Shown piece by piece: positions 50,899 to 60,150 of a stretch of 60,150 nucleotides of DNA. Source of the DNA: an uncultured Melioribacter sp. (GTDB lineage Bacteria; Bacteroidota; Ignavibacteria; Ignavibacteriales; Melioribacteraceae); the NCBI GenBank assembly GCA_964479645.1, contig CAYZMW010000002.1, positions 1 through 60,150 of the forward strand, in the 5' to 3' direction. The notes beneath the pieces are model-generated. The model worked only from the letters and a program-made list of their open reading frames with translations. It ran no database searches and was not told where the DNA came from. The translations under genes and the position numbers were made by a program. Each line of letters starts with the position of its first letter. The stretch's first letter is position 1.

Positions 50899-52980
50899 AT
50901 GGGTAGAAAAAGAGTAGACATATCGAAAGTTAGAAATATCGGCATCATGGCTCACATCGATGCCGGAAAAACAACAACAACCGAAAGGATTTTATATTAC
51001 ACTGGAAAAACTCACAGAATCGGGGAAGTGCACGACGGCGCCGCAACGATGGACTGGATGGAACAGGAAAAGGAACGCGGTATTACGATTACAAGCGCGG
51101 CGACGACGGCGTATTGGAGAAATCATCAAATCAATATAATAGATACTCCCGGACACGTTGATTTTACCGTGGAAGTCGAAAGAGCGCTTCGCGTTCTTGA
51201 CGGCGCAATTGCGCTTTTCTGCGGGGTTGGCGGCGTTGAACCGCAGTCCGAAACAGTCTGGCGTCAGGCGGATAAATATAAAGTTCCGCGTATCGCTTTC
51301 GTTAACAAAATGGACAGAGTGGGCGCCGATTTTTACAACGTTGTTGATATGATGAAAGAAAGATTGGGCGCAAATGCGGTTCCGATTACGTTGCCCATCG
51401 GTTCGGGCGATATGTTTTCGGGCGTAATAGATTTGATTGAAATGAAAGCCCGAATGTATCACGACGAAACGCTCGGAGCGACTTACGAAGATATTGAAAT
51501 TCCGCAAGATTTGGTTGCGGTTGCCAATAAATACAGAACTTTAATGCTTGAAGCCGTGTCCGATGTTGACGATACGCTTCTTGAAAAGTATCTCGAAGGC
51601 GAAGATATTACCGTCGAAGAGATACAAAAAGTTTTACGTCAGGCTACTATCGAATTGAAGATAGTGCCAGTGCTTTGCGGTTCTTCGTTTAAGAACAAAG
51701 GCGTGCAAAAACTTCTCGATGCGGTTGTGGATTATCTCCCCGCGCCGATTGATTTGGGAGAAATTAAAGCGCATCACGTTTATAAAGACGACGAAGTTCT
51801 AATTAAACAAACGCCCGATTTTGAGTTTACCGGTTTGGCATTTAAAATTATGACGGATCCGTACGTCGGTAAACTTACTTACGTAAGAGTTTACAGCGGC
51901 ATGTTGAAATCGGGTTCTTACGTTTATAATTCGAATTCGGGTAAAAAAGAAAGAATCGGCAGACTTCTTTTAATGCACGCAAATCACCGCGAAGATATGG
52001 ACGAAGTTCGCGCCGGGGATATTGTGGCGATAGTCGGACTTAAAAACACTCGCACGGGCGATACGCTCTGCGAAAACGAAAAAAATCCGATTATGCTCGA
52101 AAAAATGACTTTCCCCGAACCCGTTATTCAAATCGCAATCGAACCGAAATCGAAAGCGGATCAGGAAAAACTTTCCGAAGCGTTAATGAAACTTTCGGAA
52201 GAAGACCCGACTTTTAAGGTTCGCGTCGATGAAGAAACGGGGCAAACGTTAATTAGCGGAATGGGCGAACTTCATCTTGAAATTCTCGTTGATAGAATGA
52301 AACGGGAATTCAAAGTGGAAGCGAACATCGGGAAACCGCAGGTTGCTTATCGCGAAACCATTACCAAAAAAGTTAATGCCGAAGGTAAGTTTGTTAAGCA
52401 ATCGGGCGGACGCGGAAAATACGGTCACGTTCTTATTGAGATGGAACCGAACGAACCCGGTAAAGGTTACGAATTTGTTAATAATATTGTCGGCGGCGCT
52501 ATTCCGAAAGAATATATTCCCGCCGTTTCCAAAGGTATTGAAGACGCAATGAAAAACGGCGTTATTGCAGGCTATCCTTTGGTTGATATTAAAGTGACCT
52601 TGTACGACGGTTCTTATCACGAAGTTGATTCGGACGAACTTTCGTTCAGAGTTGCTGGTTCGATGGCGCTTAAAGACGGCGCACGTAAAGCGGACCCCGT
52701 GTTGCTCGAACCGATTATGCAAATTGAAGTTATCACTCCCGAAGAATATCTCGGCGATGTTATGGGAGACTTAAATTCGCGTCGCGGAAAAATCGAAGGA
52801 TTCACCGCGCGCAGAGACGCTCAAGTTATTAGAGCGCTTGCGCCCCTTTCGGAAATGTTCGGTTATGCAACAAGATTGCGTTCGATGACTCAGGGTCGCG
52901 CCATTTATACGATGCAATTTTCTCATTATAGCCAAGTTCCGCAGAGCGTGGCTGATGAAATTGTTAAATCAAGCAAATAA
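50899..52980 (+). CDS. fusA: elongation factor G
   Basis: [17 protein letters not shown] and NKMD. 693 aa. Confidence 0.97.
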   Translation: MGRKRVDISKVRNIGIMAHIDAGKTTTTERILYYTGKTHRIGEVHDGAATMDWMEQEKERGITITSAATTAYWRNHQINIIDTPGHVDFTVEVERALRVLDGAIALFCGVGGVEPQSETVWRQADKYKVPRIAFVNKMDRVGADFYNVVDMMKERLGANAVPITLPIGSGDMFSGVIDLIEMKARMYHDETLGATYEDIEIPQDLVAVANKYRTLMLEAVSDVDDTLLEKYLEGEDITVEEIQKVLRQATIELKIVPVLCGSSFKNKGVQKLLDAVVDYLPAPIDLGEIKAHHVYKDDEVLIKQTPDFEFTGLAFKIMTDPYVGKLTYVRVYSGMLKSGSYVYNSNSGKKERIGRLLLMHANHREDMDEVRAGDIVAIVGLKNTRTGDTLCENEKNPIMLEKMTFPEPVIQIAIEPKSKADQEKLSEALMKLSEEDPTFKVRVDEETGQTLISGMGELHLEILVDRMKREFKVEANIGKPQVAYRETITKKVNAEGKFVKQSGGRGKYGHVLIEMEPNEPGKGYEFVNNIVGGAIPKEYIPAVSKGIEDAMKNGVIAGYPLVDIKVTLYDGSYHEVDSDELSFRVAGSMALKDGARKADPVLLEPIMQIEVITPEEYLGDVMGDLNSRRGKIEGFTARRDAQVIRALAPLSEMFGYATRLRSMTQGRAIYTMQFSHYSQVPQSVADEIVKSSK

Positions 52981-53018
52981 ACAAATAGAGAAGTAATAAA
53001 AAGTTAAAGGAGAATTCA

Positions 53019-54227
53019 ATGGCTAAAGAAAAATTTGATCGGAGTAAGCCTCACGTTAATATCGGTACCATCGGACACGTTGACCATGGTAAAACCACAT
53101 TAACCGCAGCCATCACGATGGCTCTTGCAAAAAGAGGTTTGTCTGAAAAAAGAACTTTCGATTCTATTGACAACGCCCCTGAAGAAAGAGAACGCGGTAT
53201 TACGATTGCAACCGCTCACGTAGAATATGAAACCGAAAAAAGACACTACGCACACGTTGACTGTCCGGGACACGCCGACTACGTTAAGAACATGATTACC
53301 GGCGCGGCTCAAATGGACGGCGCAATTCTCGTAGTTGCGGCAACCGACGGTCCTATGCCCCAAACTCGCGAACACATTTTGTTGGCTCGTCAGGTTGGCG
53401 TTCCGAGAATCGTTGTTTTCTTGAACAAAGTCGATATGATGGACGACGAAGAATTAATCGAACTCGTTGAAATGGAACTTCGCGAACTTTTGAGCGAATA
53501 CGAATTCCCTGGCGACGAAATTCCAATTATTCGCGGCTCGGCATTGCAAGCGCTTGAAGCGGCTTCCGATGAATCCGTACCGGCAGACGATCCTCGCTTG
53601 GATCCGATTTGGGAGCTCATGAATGCAGTTGACGAATATATTCCGTTGCCTGAACGCGATATTGACAAGCCGTTCTTGATGCCGGTCGAAGACGTATTCT
53701 CGATTACCGGACGCGGTACTGTTGCTACAGGTAGAGTGGAACGCGGCGAAGTTAAACTCGGCGACGAAGTTGAACTTATCGGTCTCGGAATGCACAAGAA
53801 AACGGTTGTTACCGGTATCGAAATGTTCCGTAAAGAACTCGATTCCGCTATCGCAGGCGACAATGCGGGTATTCTCTTGCGCGGTATCGATAAGAAAGAA
53901 ATCGAAAGAGGTATGGTTTTGGCTAAGCCCGGTTCGATTACTCCGCACAAAGTATTCGAAGGCGAAGTTTACATCTTGTCGAAAGACGAAGGCGGACGCC
54001 ATACTCCGTTCTTCAACGGTTACAGACCGCAGTTTTATTTCAGAACAACCGACGTTACCGGTGTGGTTGAATTACCCGAAGGTACCGATATGGTTATGCC
54101 CGGTGACAACGTAAAAATCAAAGTTACGTTGATTAGCGAAATCGCAATGGAAGAAGGATTGAGATTCGCTATCCGCGAAGGCGGCAGAACGGTTGGTGCA
54201 GGAGTTGTAACGAAGATATTTGAATAA
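53019..54227 (+). CDS. tuf: elongation factor Tu
   Basis: [17 protein letters not shown] and NKVD. 402 aa. Confidence 0.97.
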   Translation: MAKEKFDRSKPHVNIGTIGHVDHGKTTLTAAITMALAKRGLSEKRTFDSIDNAPEERERGITIATAHVEYETEKRHYAHVDCPGHADYVKNMITGAAQMDGAILVVAATDGPMPQTREHILLARQVGVPRIVVFLNKVDMMDDEELIELVEMELRELLSEYEFPGDEIPIIRGSALQALEAASDESVPADDPRLDPIWELMNAVDEYIPLPERDIDKPFLMPVEDVFSITGRGTVATGRVERGEVKLGDEVELIGLGMHKKTVVTGIEMFRKELDSAIAGDNAGILLRGIDKKEIERGMVLAKPGSITPHKVFEGEVYILSKDEGGRHTPFFNGYRPQFYFRTTDVTGVVELPEGTDMVMPGDNVKIKVTLISEIAMEEGLRFAIREGGRTVGAGVVTKIFE

Positions 54228-54243
54228 AAAACTCTTAAAAGTA

Positions 54244-54268
54244 AGGGGCGCTCCGACCGAGCGCTCCT
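54244..54268 (+). other. GC-rich hairpin between tuf and rpsJ (no U-tract; attenuator or processing-site candidate)
   Basis: AGGGGCGCTC / GAGCGCTCCT 10-bp stem with one G-U pair, loop CGACC. Confidence 0.4.
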
Positions 54269-54294
54269 GAAAATAAAATTAGGAGAAAGTTATA

Positions 54295-54603
54295 GTGGCT
54301 GGTCAAAAGATAAGAATAAAATTAAAATCGTACGATCATCAGTTGATTGACAAATCGACGGAAAAAATTATTAAAACGGTAAAAAGCACGGGCGCCGTCG
54401 TATCGGGACCGATACCGATGCCTACGCGCAGAACGGTTTTTACCGTATTGCGTTCACCGCACGTCGATAAAAAATCGCGCGAACAATTTGAAATTATGTC
54501 GCACAAAAGATTGATTGATATTCACAATTCGAACAATAAAACCGTCGATGCGTTGAGCAAATTGGAAATACCGGCGGGTGTTGATATTGAGATTAAGTTA
54601 TAG
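54295..54603 (+). CDS. rpsJ: 30S ribosomal protein S10
   Basis: [15 protein letters not shown]...[11 protein letters not shown] start after AGGAGA. Confidence 0.95.
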   Translation: MAGQKIRIKLKSYDHQLIDKSTEKIIKTVKSTGAVVSGPIPMPTRRTVFTVLRSPHVDKKSREQFEIMSHKRLIDIHNSNNKTVDALSKLEIPAGVDIEIKL

Positions 54604-54615
54604 TTGAGGATTAAG

Positions 54616-55236
54616 ATGCCTGGTTTACTTGGTAAAAAATTAGGAATGACAAATATATATACGGAAGACGGAACTAATATTCCGGTTACAGTGATTGAAG
54701 CCGGTCCGTGCACCGTTACGATGGTCAGAACGAAAGAAAAAGACGGTTATGAAGCGTTGCAACTCGGTTTCGGAGTTCGCAAGGAAAAACACGTTAACAA
54801 ACCGCAACTCGATTATTATAAGAAACATAATCTTGAACCGGCGAGATATTTAAGAGAGTTCAAAAATTTTGAAGTCGCTGAATTTAAGATTGGCGACATA
54901 GTAACAACGGAAATCTTCAACGAAGGCGATACCGTTAAAGTTACGGGAAAATCGAAAGGTAAAGGTTTTCAAGGCGTCGTTAAACGCCACGGCTTCGGCG
55001 GCGTGGGCGGAAGAACTCACGGACAAGGCGACAGAGAAAGAGCTCCGGGTTCCATCGGACAAAGTTCTTATCCCTCGAGAGTTTTCAAAGGTATGAGAAT
55101 GGCGGGAAGAACCGGAAACGAAAGAGTAACGACGAAAAACTTGAAAATCGTGAAAATTTTGCCCGAGAAAAACATAATTTTCGTCAAAGGTAGCGTCCCG
55201 GGAGCGATTAATTCGATTGTTGAAATTAACAAGTAA
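54616..55236 (+). CDS. rplC: 50S ribosomal protein L3
   Basis: [13 protein letters not shown]-terminus. ATG 54616 after GAGGA is preferred over the ORF-track start at 54604. Confidence 0.93.
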   Translation: MPGLLGKKLGMTNIYTEDGTNIPVTVIEAGPCTVTMVRTKEKDGYEALQLGFGVRKEKHVNKPQLDYYKKHNLEPARYLREFKNFEVAEFKIGDIVTTEIFNEGDTVKVTGKSKGKGFQGVVKRHGFGGVGGRTHGQGDRERAPGSIGQSSYPSRVFKGMRMAGRTGNERVTTKNLKIVKILPEKNIIFVKGSVPGAINSIVEINK

Positions 55237-55254
55237 AGTTGAGCAGAGAAGAAG

Positions 55255-55881
55255 ATGAAGTTAGAGGTTTATAAAATAGACGGTTCTAAAAGCGGCGAAA
55301 CGGTAGAACTTTCGGACGCGATTTTCGGAATTGAACCGAACGACCACGTGATTTATTTGGCGGTTAAGGCACACTTGGCAAATAAGAGACAAGGAACGCA
55401 CAAAGCCAAGGAAAGAAGCGAAGTCTCAGGCGGAGGAAGAAAACCGTGGAGACAAAAAGGACGCGGAACGGCAAGAGCAGGTACGATTAGGTCGCCTCTT
55501 TGGGTTGGCGGCGGTACGGTTTTCGGACCGAGACCGCGTAGTTACCGTCAAAAACTTAATAAAAAAGTTATGAAATTGGCTCGTAAATCCGCGTTGTCGT
55601 ATAAAGCGAAAGCCGAGCAAATTTTGATAGTAGAGGATTTCGATTTCGAAGCACCGAAAACGAATAAATTCGCCGAAATTTTGAAATCCTTGAACTTGGA
55701 CGGTAAGAAAGTTTTATTGCTTACCGACGAAACGAGAGTTAACCTTTATAAATCGGGAAGAAATATTCCGAAAGTTAACGTGGTGGAAGCCTACAAAGCA
55801 TCTACTTACGACTTGGTTAACAATCAAGTGCTTGTAATGCAAGCAAGCGCCGTAAAGAAAATTGAAGATATATTAAATTAA
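55255..55881 (+). CDS. rplD: 50S ribosomal protein L4
   Basis: GGGRKPWRQKGRGTARAGTIRSPLWVGGG motif. Confidence 0.95.
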   Translation: MKLEVYKIDGSKSGETVELSDAIFGIEPNDHVIYLAVKAHLANKRQGTHKAKERSEVSGGGRKPWRQKGRGTARAGTIRSPLWVGGGTVFGPRPRSYRQKLNKKVMKLARKSALSYKAKAEQILIVEDFDFEAPKTNKFAEILKSLNLDGKKVLLLTDETRVNLYKSGRNIPKVNVVEAYKASTYDLVNNQVLVMQASAVKKIEDILN

Positions 55882-55898
55882 GACGCTGAGAGAGAAAG

Positions 55899-56192
55899 AT
55901 GCGAAACGTTTTAGTAAGACCCTTATTGACAGAGAAACTAACGAATTTAACCGAAGGCGAAAACAAATACGGCTTTGTTGTTGATTACAATGCGAACAAA
56001 ATCGAAATCGCCAAAGCGATAGAGAAGAAATTCGATGTCAACGTCGTAGCCGTAAATACGATGAGATATAAAGGCAAGGTTAAAACTCAGTGGACGAGAA
56101 AAGGCAGATTTGTAGGAAGAACGCCGAAATTCAAAAAAGCAATAGTTACTTTGAAAGAAGGACAAACAATCGACTTAATTGGCGAAGTTTAG
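55899..56192 (+). CDS. rplW: 50S ribosomal protein L23
   Basis: Operon position, size, and the KKAIVTL pattern. Confidence 0.9.
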   Translation: MRNVLVRPLLTEKLTNLTEGENKYGFVVDYNANKIEIAKAIEKKFDVNVVAVNTMRYKGKVKTQWTRKGRFVGRTPKFKKAIVTLKEGQTIDLIGEV

Positions 56193-56209
56193 GTTAGCGG
56201 AGATTATCA

Positions 56210-57034
56210 ATGGGAATAAGAAAATTTAAACCGATTACACCAGGCACGAGATTTATGTCCGTCTCCACTTTTGAGGAGATAACTAAGACCACGCCCGAAA
56301 AATCGTTGCTTGCGCCTTTGAAAAAATCAGGCGGAAGAAACAATGCGGGTAGAGTAACTGCACGTCATCGCGGCGGCGGACATAAAAGACAATACAGAAT
56401 TATAGATTTCAAACGCAATAAACACGGAATTCCCGCAAAAGTTTATTCGATTGAATACGACCCGAACAGAACGGCGAGAATTGCATTGCTTCACTATGCC
56501 GACGGCGAAAAAAGATATATTTTAGCGCCGAACGGATTGAAGGTCGGCGATGTACTGATGTCGGGCGAAGGCGTTGAAATCAAAGTCGGCAACGCAATGA
56601 AATTGAAAGATATGCCGCTCGGTAGTTTTGTTCACAATGTTGAATTAAAGCCTGGCAAAGGCGGGCAATTGGGAAGAGCCGCGGGAGCTTCGTTGCAACT
56701 TGTTGCGAAAGAAGGAAAATACGGTACGCTCAAAATGCCTTCGGGCGAAGTTAGAATGGTCAGCCTCGAATGTATGGCGACTTACGGTGTTGTTGGCAAT
56801 AACGACCATTTGAATATCAGTCTCGGTAAAGCGGGAAGAAGCCGCTGGCTCGGACGCAGACCGCACGTACGCGGCGTTGCCATGAACCCAGTCGATCACC
56901 CGATGGGCGGCGGCGAAGGAAAAACCTCGGGCGGCGGACATCCTGTTTCGCCTTGGGGACAAAAAGCAAAAGGCTTGAAAACAAGAAAGAAAAGAAAACC
57001 TTCTGATAAATTAATAATCAAGAGAAGAAAATAA
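56210..57034 (+). CDS. rplB: 50S ribosomal protein L2
   Basis: [11 protein letters not shown] and [18 protein letters not shown] motifs. Confidence 0.97.
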   Translation: MGIRKFKPITPGTRFMSVSTFEEITKTTPEKSLLAPLKKSGGRNNAGRVTARHRGGGHKRQYRIIDFKRNKHGIPAKVYSIEYDPNRTARIALLHYADGEKRYILAPNGLKVGDVLMSGEGVEIKVGNAMKLKDMPLGSFVHNVELKPGKGGQLGRAAGASLQLVAKEGKYGTLKMPSGEVRMVSLECMATYGVVGNNDHLNISLGKAGRSRWLGRRPHVRGVAMNPVDHPMGGGEGKTSGGGHPVSPWGQKAKGLKTRKKRKPSDKLIIKRRK

Positions 57035-57053
57035 TTAAAGCGTAGAGTGTAAT

Positions 57054-57341
57054 ATGCCAAGATCAATTAAAAAAGGTCCATACGTAAATTATAAGTTGCT
57101 GAAAAAAATTCGCGAAATGAACGAACGCAACGAAAAGAAAGTCGTTAAAACGTGGTCTCGTGCAAGCATGATTGTTCCCGAATTCGTGGGACACACAATC
57201 GCGGTTCACAACGGCAACAAAATGATTCCGGTTTATATTTCGGAAAATATGGTAGGACACAAACTCGGTGAATTCGCACCGACAAGAATTTTTAGAGGTC
57301 ATCCAGGAACCAAAGCGGAAAAAGCCGCTCGCAAAAAGTGA
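57054..57341 (+). CDS. rpsS: 30S ribosomal protein S19
   Basis: [10 protein letters not shown] and GHTIAVHNG motifs. Confidence 0.95.
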   Translation: MPRSIKKGPYVNYKLLKKIREMNERNEKKVVKTWSRASMIVPEFVGHTIAVHNGNKMIPVYISENMVGHKLGEFAPTRIFRGHPGTKAEKAARKK

Positions 57342-57354
57342 TTGAGGTTTAGAA

Positions 57355-57699
57355 ATGGAAGCAAAAGCAACGCATAAATATATTAAAGTTTCGCCTCGTA
57401 AAATGAGACTCGTAATTGATCTTATCAGAGGCAAATCGGCTGAAGAAGCCTTGAGCATTCTTCACTTTAATCCGAAACACGCTTCTACTTACGCCGAAAA
57501 AGTATTAAAATCGGCAATTGCAAATTTGCTCAACAATGAAGAAGGAAGCAATTTCGACATTTCGGATATTTACGTTAAAGAAGTTTACGCTAATCCCGGA
57601 CCGATGTTGAAAAGAATTCAACCTGCGCCGATGGGAAGAGCTTACAGAATCAGAAGAAGAACAAATCATTTAACCATAGTAGTTGCTACTAAAAGCTAA
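57355..57699 (+). CDS. rplV: 50S ribosomal protein L22
   Basis: [16 protein letters not shown] motif. Confidence 0.95.
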   Translation: MEAKATHKYIKVSPRKMRLVIDLIRGKSAEEALSILHFNPKHASTYAEKVLKSAIANLLNNEEGSNFDISDIYVKEVYANPGPMLKRIQPAPMGRAYRIRRRTNHLTIVVATKS

Positions 57700-57713
57700 T
57701 TAGGAGGAATCTT

Positions 57714-58349
57714 TTGGGTCAGAAAACAAATCCGATAGGTTTTAGAGTTGGTATAATCAGAGGCTGGGAATCCAATTGGTACGAGCCGAAAAGCTACAAG
57801 ACCAAATTGGAAGAAGATAGAAAGATTAGAACTTACATCAGAAAAAGATTGAAAAAAGCCGGCGTTTCAAGAATTCTTATCGACAGAACGTCGAAAAATC
57901 TTTCTATTACAATTCATACTTCACGTCCCGGCGTTGTGATTGGAAAGAGCGGTAAGGAAATTGCACATTTGGAAGAAGAGTTGAAAAAACTCTTGGATAA
58001 AGACGTTAAGGTTCAGATTAATGAAATCAAAAGACCTGAATTGGATGCCTACTTGGTTGCTGAAAATATCGCCAATCAGTTGCAAGGAAGAGTCTCGTTC
58101 CGTCGCGCAATGAAATCCGCAATTACTTCCGCAATGCGCATGGGAGCGCAGGGCATTAAAGTAATGTGCTCGGGACGTCTCGGAGGCGCCGAAATGGCGA
58201 GAACCGAATGGTACAAGCAGGGAAGAATTCCTTTGCAGACTTTAAGAGCGGATGTTGATTATGCAACGGCTACCGCCCAAACCATTTACGGCTCGATCGG
58301 CGTAAAAGTTTGGATTTTCAAAGGCGAAGTTTACGTAAGAAATATTTAA
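57714..58349 (+). CDS. rpsC: 30S ribosomal protein S3
   Basis: [10 protein letters not shown] and the KH domain. 211 aa, i.e. no long C-terminal tail. TTG start after AGGAGG. Confidence 0.95.
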   Translation: MGQKTNPIGFRVGIIRGWESNWYEPKSYKTKLEEDRKIRTYIRKRLKKAGVSRILIDRTSKNLSITIHTSRPGVVIGKSGKEIAHLEEELKKLLDKDVKVQINEIKRPELDAYLVAENIANQLQGRVSFRRAMKSAITSAMRMGAQGIKVMCSGRLGGAEMARTEWYKQGRIPLQTLRADVDYATATAQTIYGSIGVKVWIFKGEVYVRNI

Positions 58350-58379
58350 GCGAATTAAGATTATCGGGAGATAAGTTTT

Positions 58380-58796
58380 ATGTTATTGCCAAAAAGAGTA
58401 AAATACAGAAAATCGCATAGAGGAAGAAGAAAAGGGAAAGCCCAAAGAGGCCATCGCGTGGCTTTCGGCGATATGGGTTTGAAAGCTTTGGAAGCCGGCT
58501 GGATTACCTCTCGTCAGATAGAATCGTGCCGCGTTGCGATTACACGTAAGATGAAAAGAGACGGTAAAGTTTGGATTCGTATTTTCCCCGATAAACCTGT
58601 TTCCAAAAAACCGCTCGAAACAAGAATGGGTAAAGGTAAAGGAAATCCCGAATTTTGGGTGGCCGTTGTAAAACCCGGCAGAATTATGTTCGAAGTGGCG
58701 GGAGTATCCAAAGAATTGGCGAACGAAGCGCTTAAAATGGCGTCTTACAAATTGCCGATTAAAACTAAAATTGTATCAAGACCTGATTTTCAATAA
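58380..58796 (+). CDS. rplP: 50S ribosomal protein L16
   Basis: [16 protein letters not shown] and [14 protein letters not shown] motifs. Confidence 0.95.
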   Translation: MLLPKRVKYRKSHRGRRKGKAQRGHRVAFGDMGLKALEAGWITSRQIESCRVAITRKMKRDGKVWIRIFPDKPVSKKPLETRMGKGKGNPEFWVAVVKPGRIMFEVAGVSKELANEALKMASYKLPIKTKIVSRPDFQ

Positions 58797-58813
58797 AAAG
58801 GTAAGAGAAAACG

Positions 58814-59041
58814 ATGAAGATTTACGAAATCAGAGAAATGAGCACGGAAGAGATTATTAAAAGAATAGCCGAAGAAGAAAGTAATTTGGTTGATTTGCGT
58901 TTTCAGAACGAGTTGAAAAATTTGACTAATACCGCGAAGTTAAAAACCACGAGAAAAGACATTGCAAGAATGAAAACCGTGCTTAGAGAAAGAGAACTTG
59001 CAGCGCAAAAAAACGAGAATAAAAATCAGGAGACAAAGTAG
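58814..59041 (+). CDS. rpmC: 50S ribosomal protein L29
   Basis: Operon position, with the LRFQ...KDIARMKTVL pattern. Confidence 0.9.
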   Translation: MKIYEIREMSTEEIIKRIAEEESNLVDLRFQNELKNLTNTAKLKTTRKDIARMKTVLRERELAAQKNENKNQETK

Positions 59042-59044
59042 TCG

Positions 59045-59302
59045 ATGGAGACTCGAGGAAGAAGAAAAACGAGAACCGGCGTCGTTGTTTCGAATAAAAT
59101 GGATAAAAGCATTGTCGTAAAAATCGAAAGACGCGTAAAACATCCTATATACAAAAAGTATTATAAGATTACGAAGAAGTTTATGGCTCACGACGAGAAA
59201 AACGAAAGTAACGTTGGCGACGTTGTTAAAATTATGGAAGTAAGACCATTGAGCAAAAGAAAGAAGTGGAATTTAGTAGAAATAATTGAAAAAGCTAAGT
59301 AA
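59045..59302 (+). CDS. rpsQ: 30S ribosomal protein S17
   Basis: [27 protein letters not shown] motif. Confidence 0.95.
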   Translation: METRGRRKTRTGVVVSNKMDKSIVVKIERRVKHPIYKKYYKITKKFMAHDEKNESNVGDVVKIMEVRPLSKRKKWNLVEIIEKAK

Positions 59303-59328
59303 TCGTGCTGATTAAGGAGTTGTAAGAA

Positions 59329-59697
59329 ATGATTCAACAAGAAACATCATTAGTGGTTGCTGATAACTCTGGAGCGAAAAAAGTCAAGTGCATTAAAGTG
59401 CTTGGCGGAAGCGGACGCAAATATGCGAGCATCGGCGATATTATCGTTGTAGCCGTAAAATCCGCCATTCCGAACGGCAACGTTAAAAAAGGCGACGTAT
59501 CCAGAGCGGTTGTGGTTAGAACCAAGAAAGAAATCAGACGCAAAGACGGTTCATATATAAGATTTGACGAAAATGCCGCGGTATTACTTAATAATCAAAA
59601 CGAACCGAGAGGAACCCGTATCTTCGGGCCTGTCGCAAGAGAATTACGCGAGAAAAAATTTATGAAAATTGTTTCATTAGCGCCGGAAGTGCTATAA
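59329..59697 (+). CDS. rplN: 50S ribosomal protein L14
   Basis: [19 protein letters not shown]-terminus. Confidence 0.97.
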   Translation: MIQQETSLVVADNSGAKKVKCIKVLGGSGRKYASIGDIIVVAVKSAIPNGNVKKGDVSRAVVVRTKKEIRRKDGSYIRFDENAAVLLNNQNEPRGTRIFGPVARELREKKFMKIVSLAPEVL

Positions 59698-59713
59698 AAA
59701 CCAGGGTTTGATT

Positions 59714-60040
59714 ATGAAGATTAAAAAGAACGATAACGTAATAGTGATAGCGGGAAACTACAAAGGACAAACCGGAAAGGTTTTGAAAGTTTTCCCTAAA
59801 AAGAACAGAGTAATTATCGAAGGCGTTAATATCAGAAAACGTCATACGAAACCTAATCAACAATATCCTAACGGAGCGATTGTTGAAAAAGAAATGCCGA
59901 TTGACGCGTCGAACGTAATGCTTGTCGATCCGAAAACGAACAAGCCGACCCGTATCGGTAAAAAAATTATTATCGACGACAAAACCGGAAAGAAAAAAAG
60001 CGTTAGAGTCGCTAAAGTAAGTAACGAAATGTTGTCATAA
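59714..60040 (+). CDS. rplX: 50S ribosomal protein L24
   Basis: KOW motif [20 protein letters not shown]. The ATG at 59714 aligns with canonical L24 N-termini. The ORF-track TTG at 59708 is possible. Confidence 0.9.
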   Translation: MKIKKNDNVIVIAGNYKGQTGKVLKVFPKKNRVIIEGVNIRKRHTKPNQQYPNGAIVEKEMPIDASNVMLVDPKTNKPTRIGKKIIIDDKTGKKKSVRVAKVSNEMLS

Positions 60041-60060
60041 ATTTTAGGACTTGGATAAAA

Positions 60061-60150
60061 ATGGCAAAGAAGAAAAAAACAGAAGAAGCAAAAAACACGG
60101 TTGAAGAAAAAATTACGCCGAGACTTTTTACGAAATATAAAGAAGAAATT
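60061..60150 (+). CDS. rplE: 50S ribosomal protein L5, 3' end outside window
   Basis: Position after rplX. PRLFTKYKEEI corresponds to the usual L5 N-terminal RLKEKY..EV. It is preceded by a ~17-aa K/E-rich extension. The ORF runs off the window. Confidence 0.8.
   Translation, partial: MAKKKKTEEAKNTVEEKITPRLFTKYKEEI

Noticed and set aside
1-60150. CRISPR arrays, IS elements, integrases, prophage or plasmid genes, rRNA
   Set aside because: None was seen. There are no spaced direct repeats, no transposase/integrase-like ORFs and no rRNA-like sequence. The five tRNAs are all in conserved housekeeping contexts, without flanking direct repeats suggestive of integration.

Overview
This window is mostly core housekeeping chromosome from an AT-leaning bacterium. 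Gene content and synteny resemble the FCB superphylum (Ignavibacteria/Bacteroidota-like); this is inference only, because no search was possible.

**1-21 kb:** A 5'-truncated SGNH hydrolase, a SPOR lipoprotein, ssb and a CNNM/CorC (GldE-like) protein come first. The block rplM-rpsI-rpsB-tsf-pyrH-frr follows, then lgt, an RsmF-like methyltransferase, ptsN-like, hisS and rlmB. A minus-strand block carries an MFS transporter, nusB, leucine dehydrogenase, a DUF218 membrane protein and an ABC ATPase. A family-4 UDG and dnaB close this part.

**21-35.7 kb (the only mildly accessory part):**
- nupC plus purine nucleoside phosphorylase.
- An S9-hydrolase/EVE/OMP operon and a DUF192 lipoprotein.
- A tightly packed minus-strand cluster: SpoIID-like, BatA-N/vWA, hflX, PAS histidine kinase, OMP barrel.
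- An EamA transporter.
- A small 2-TM protein translationally coupled to an orphan EutN/CcmL (BMC-P) gene, followed by dprA.

**35.7-60 kb:** tRNA-Leu, tig-clpP, and tRNA-Tyr/Gly/Thr-rpmG-tRNA-Trp. After these comes one uninterrupted plus-strand supercluster: secE-nusG-rplKAJL-rpoBC-rpsLG-fusA-tuf-S10/spc genes up to a partial rplE.

I saw no rRNA, CRISPR array, transposase/integrase, prophage genes or recognisable defence system, and I do not see a convincing novel multi-gene system. The most unusual items:
- the orphan BMC vertex gene coupled to a tiny membrane protein;
- the SpoIID/BatA/HflX/kinase/OMP cluster;
- the hydrolase-EVE-OMP operon;
- a heptad GAATTC-type repeat upstream of nupC;
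- a permease-less ABC ATPase coupled to a DUF218 protein.

All family assignments come from motif recognition by eye. Coordinates of starts that I moved from the ORF track are justified per feature.
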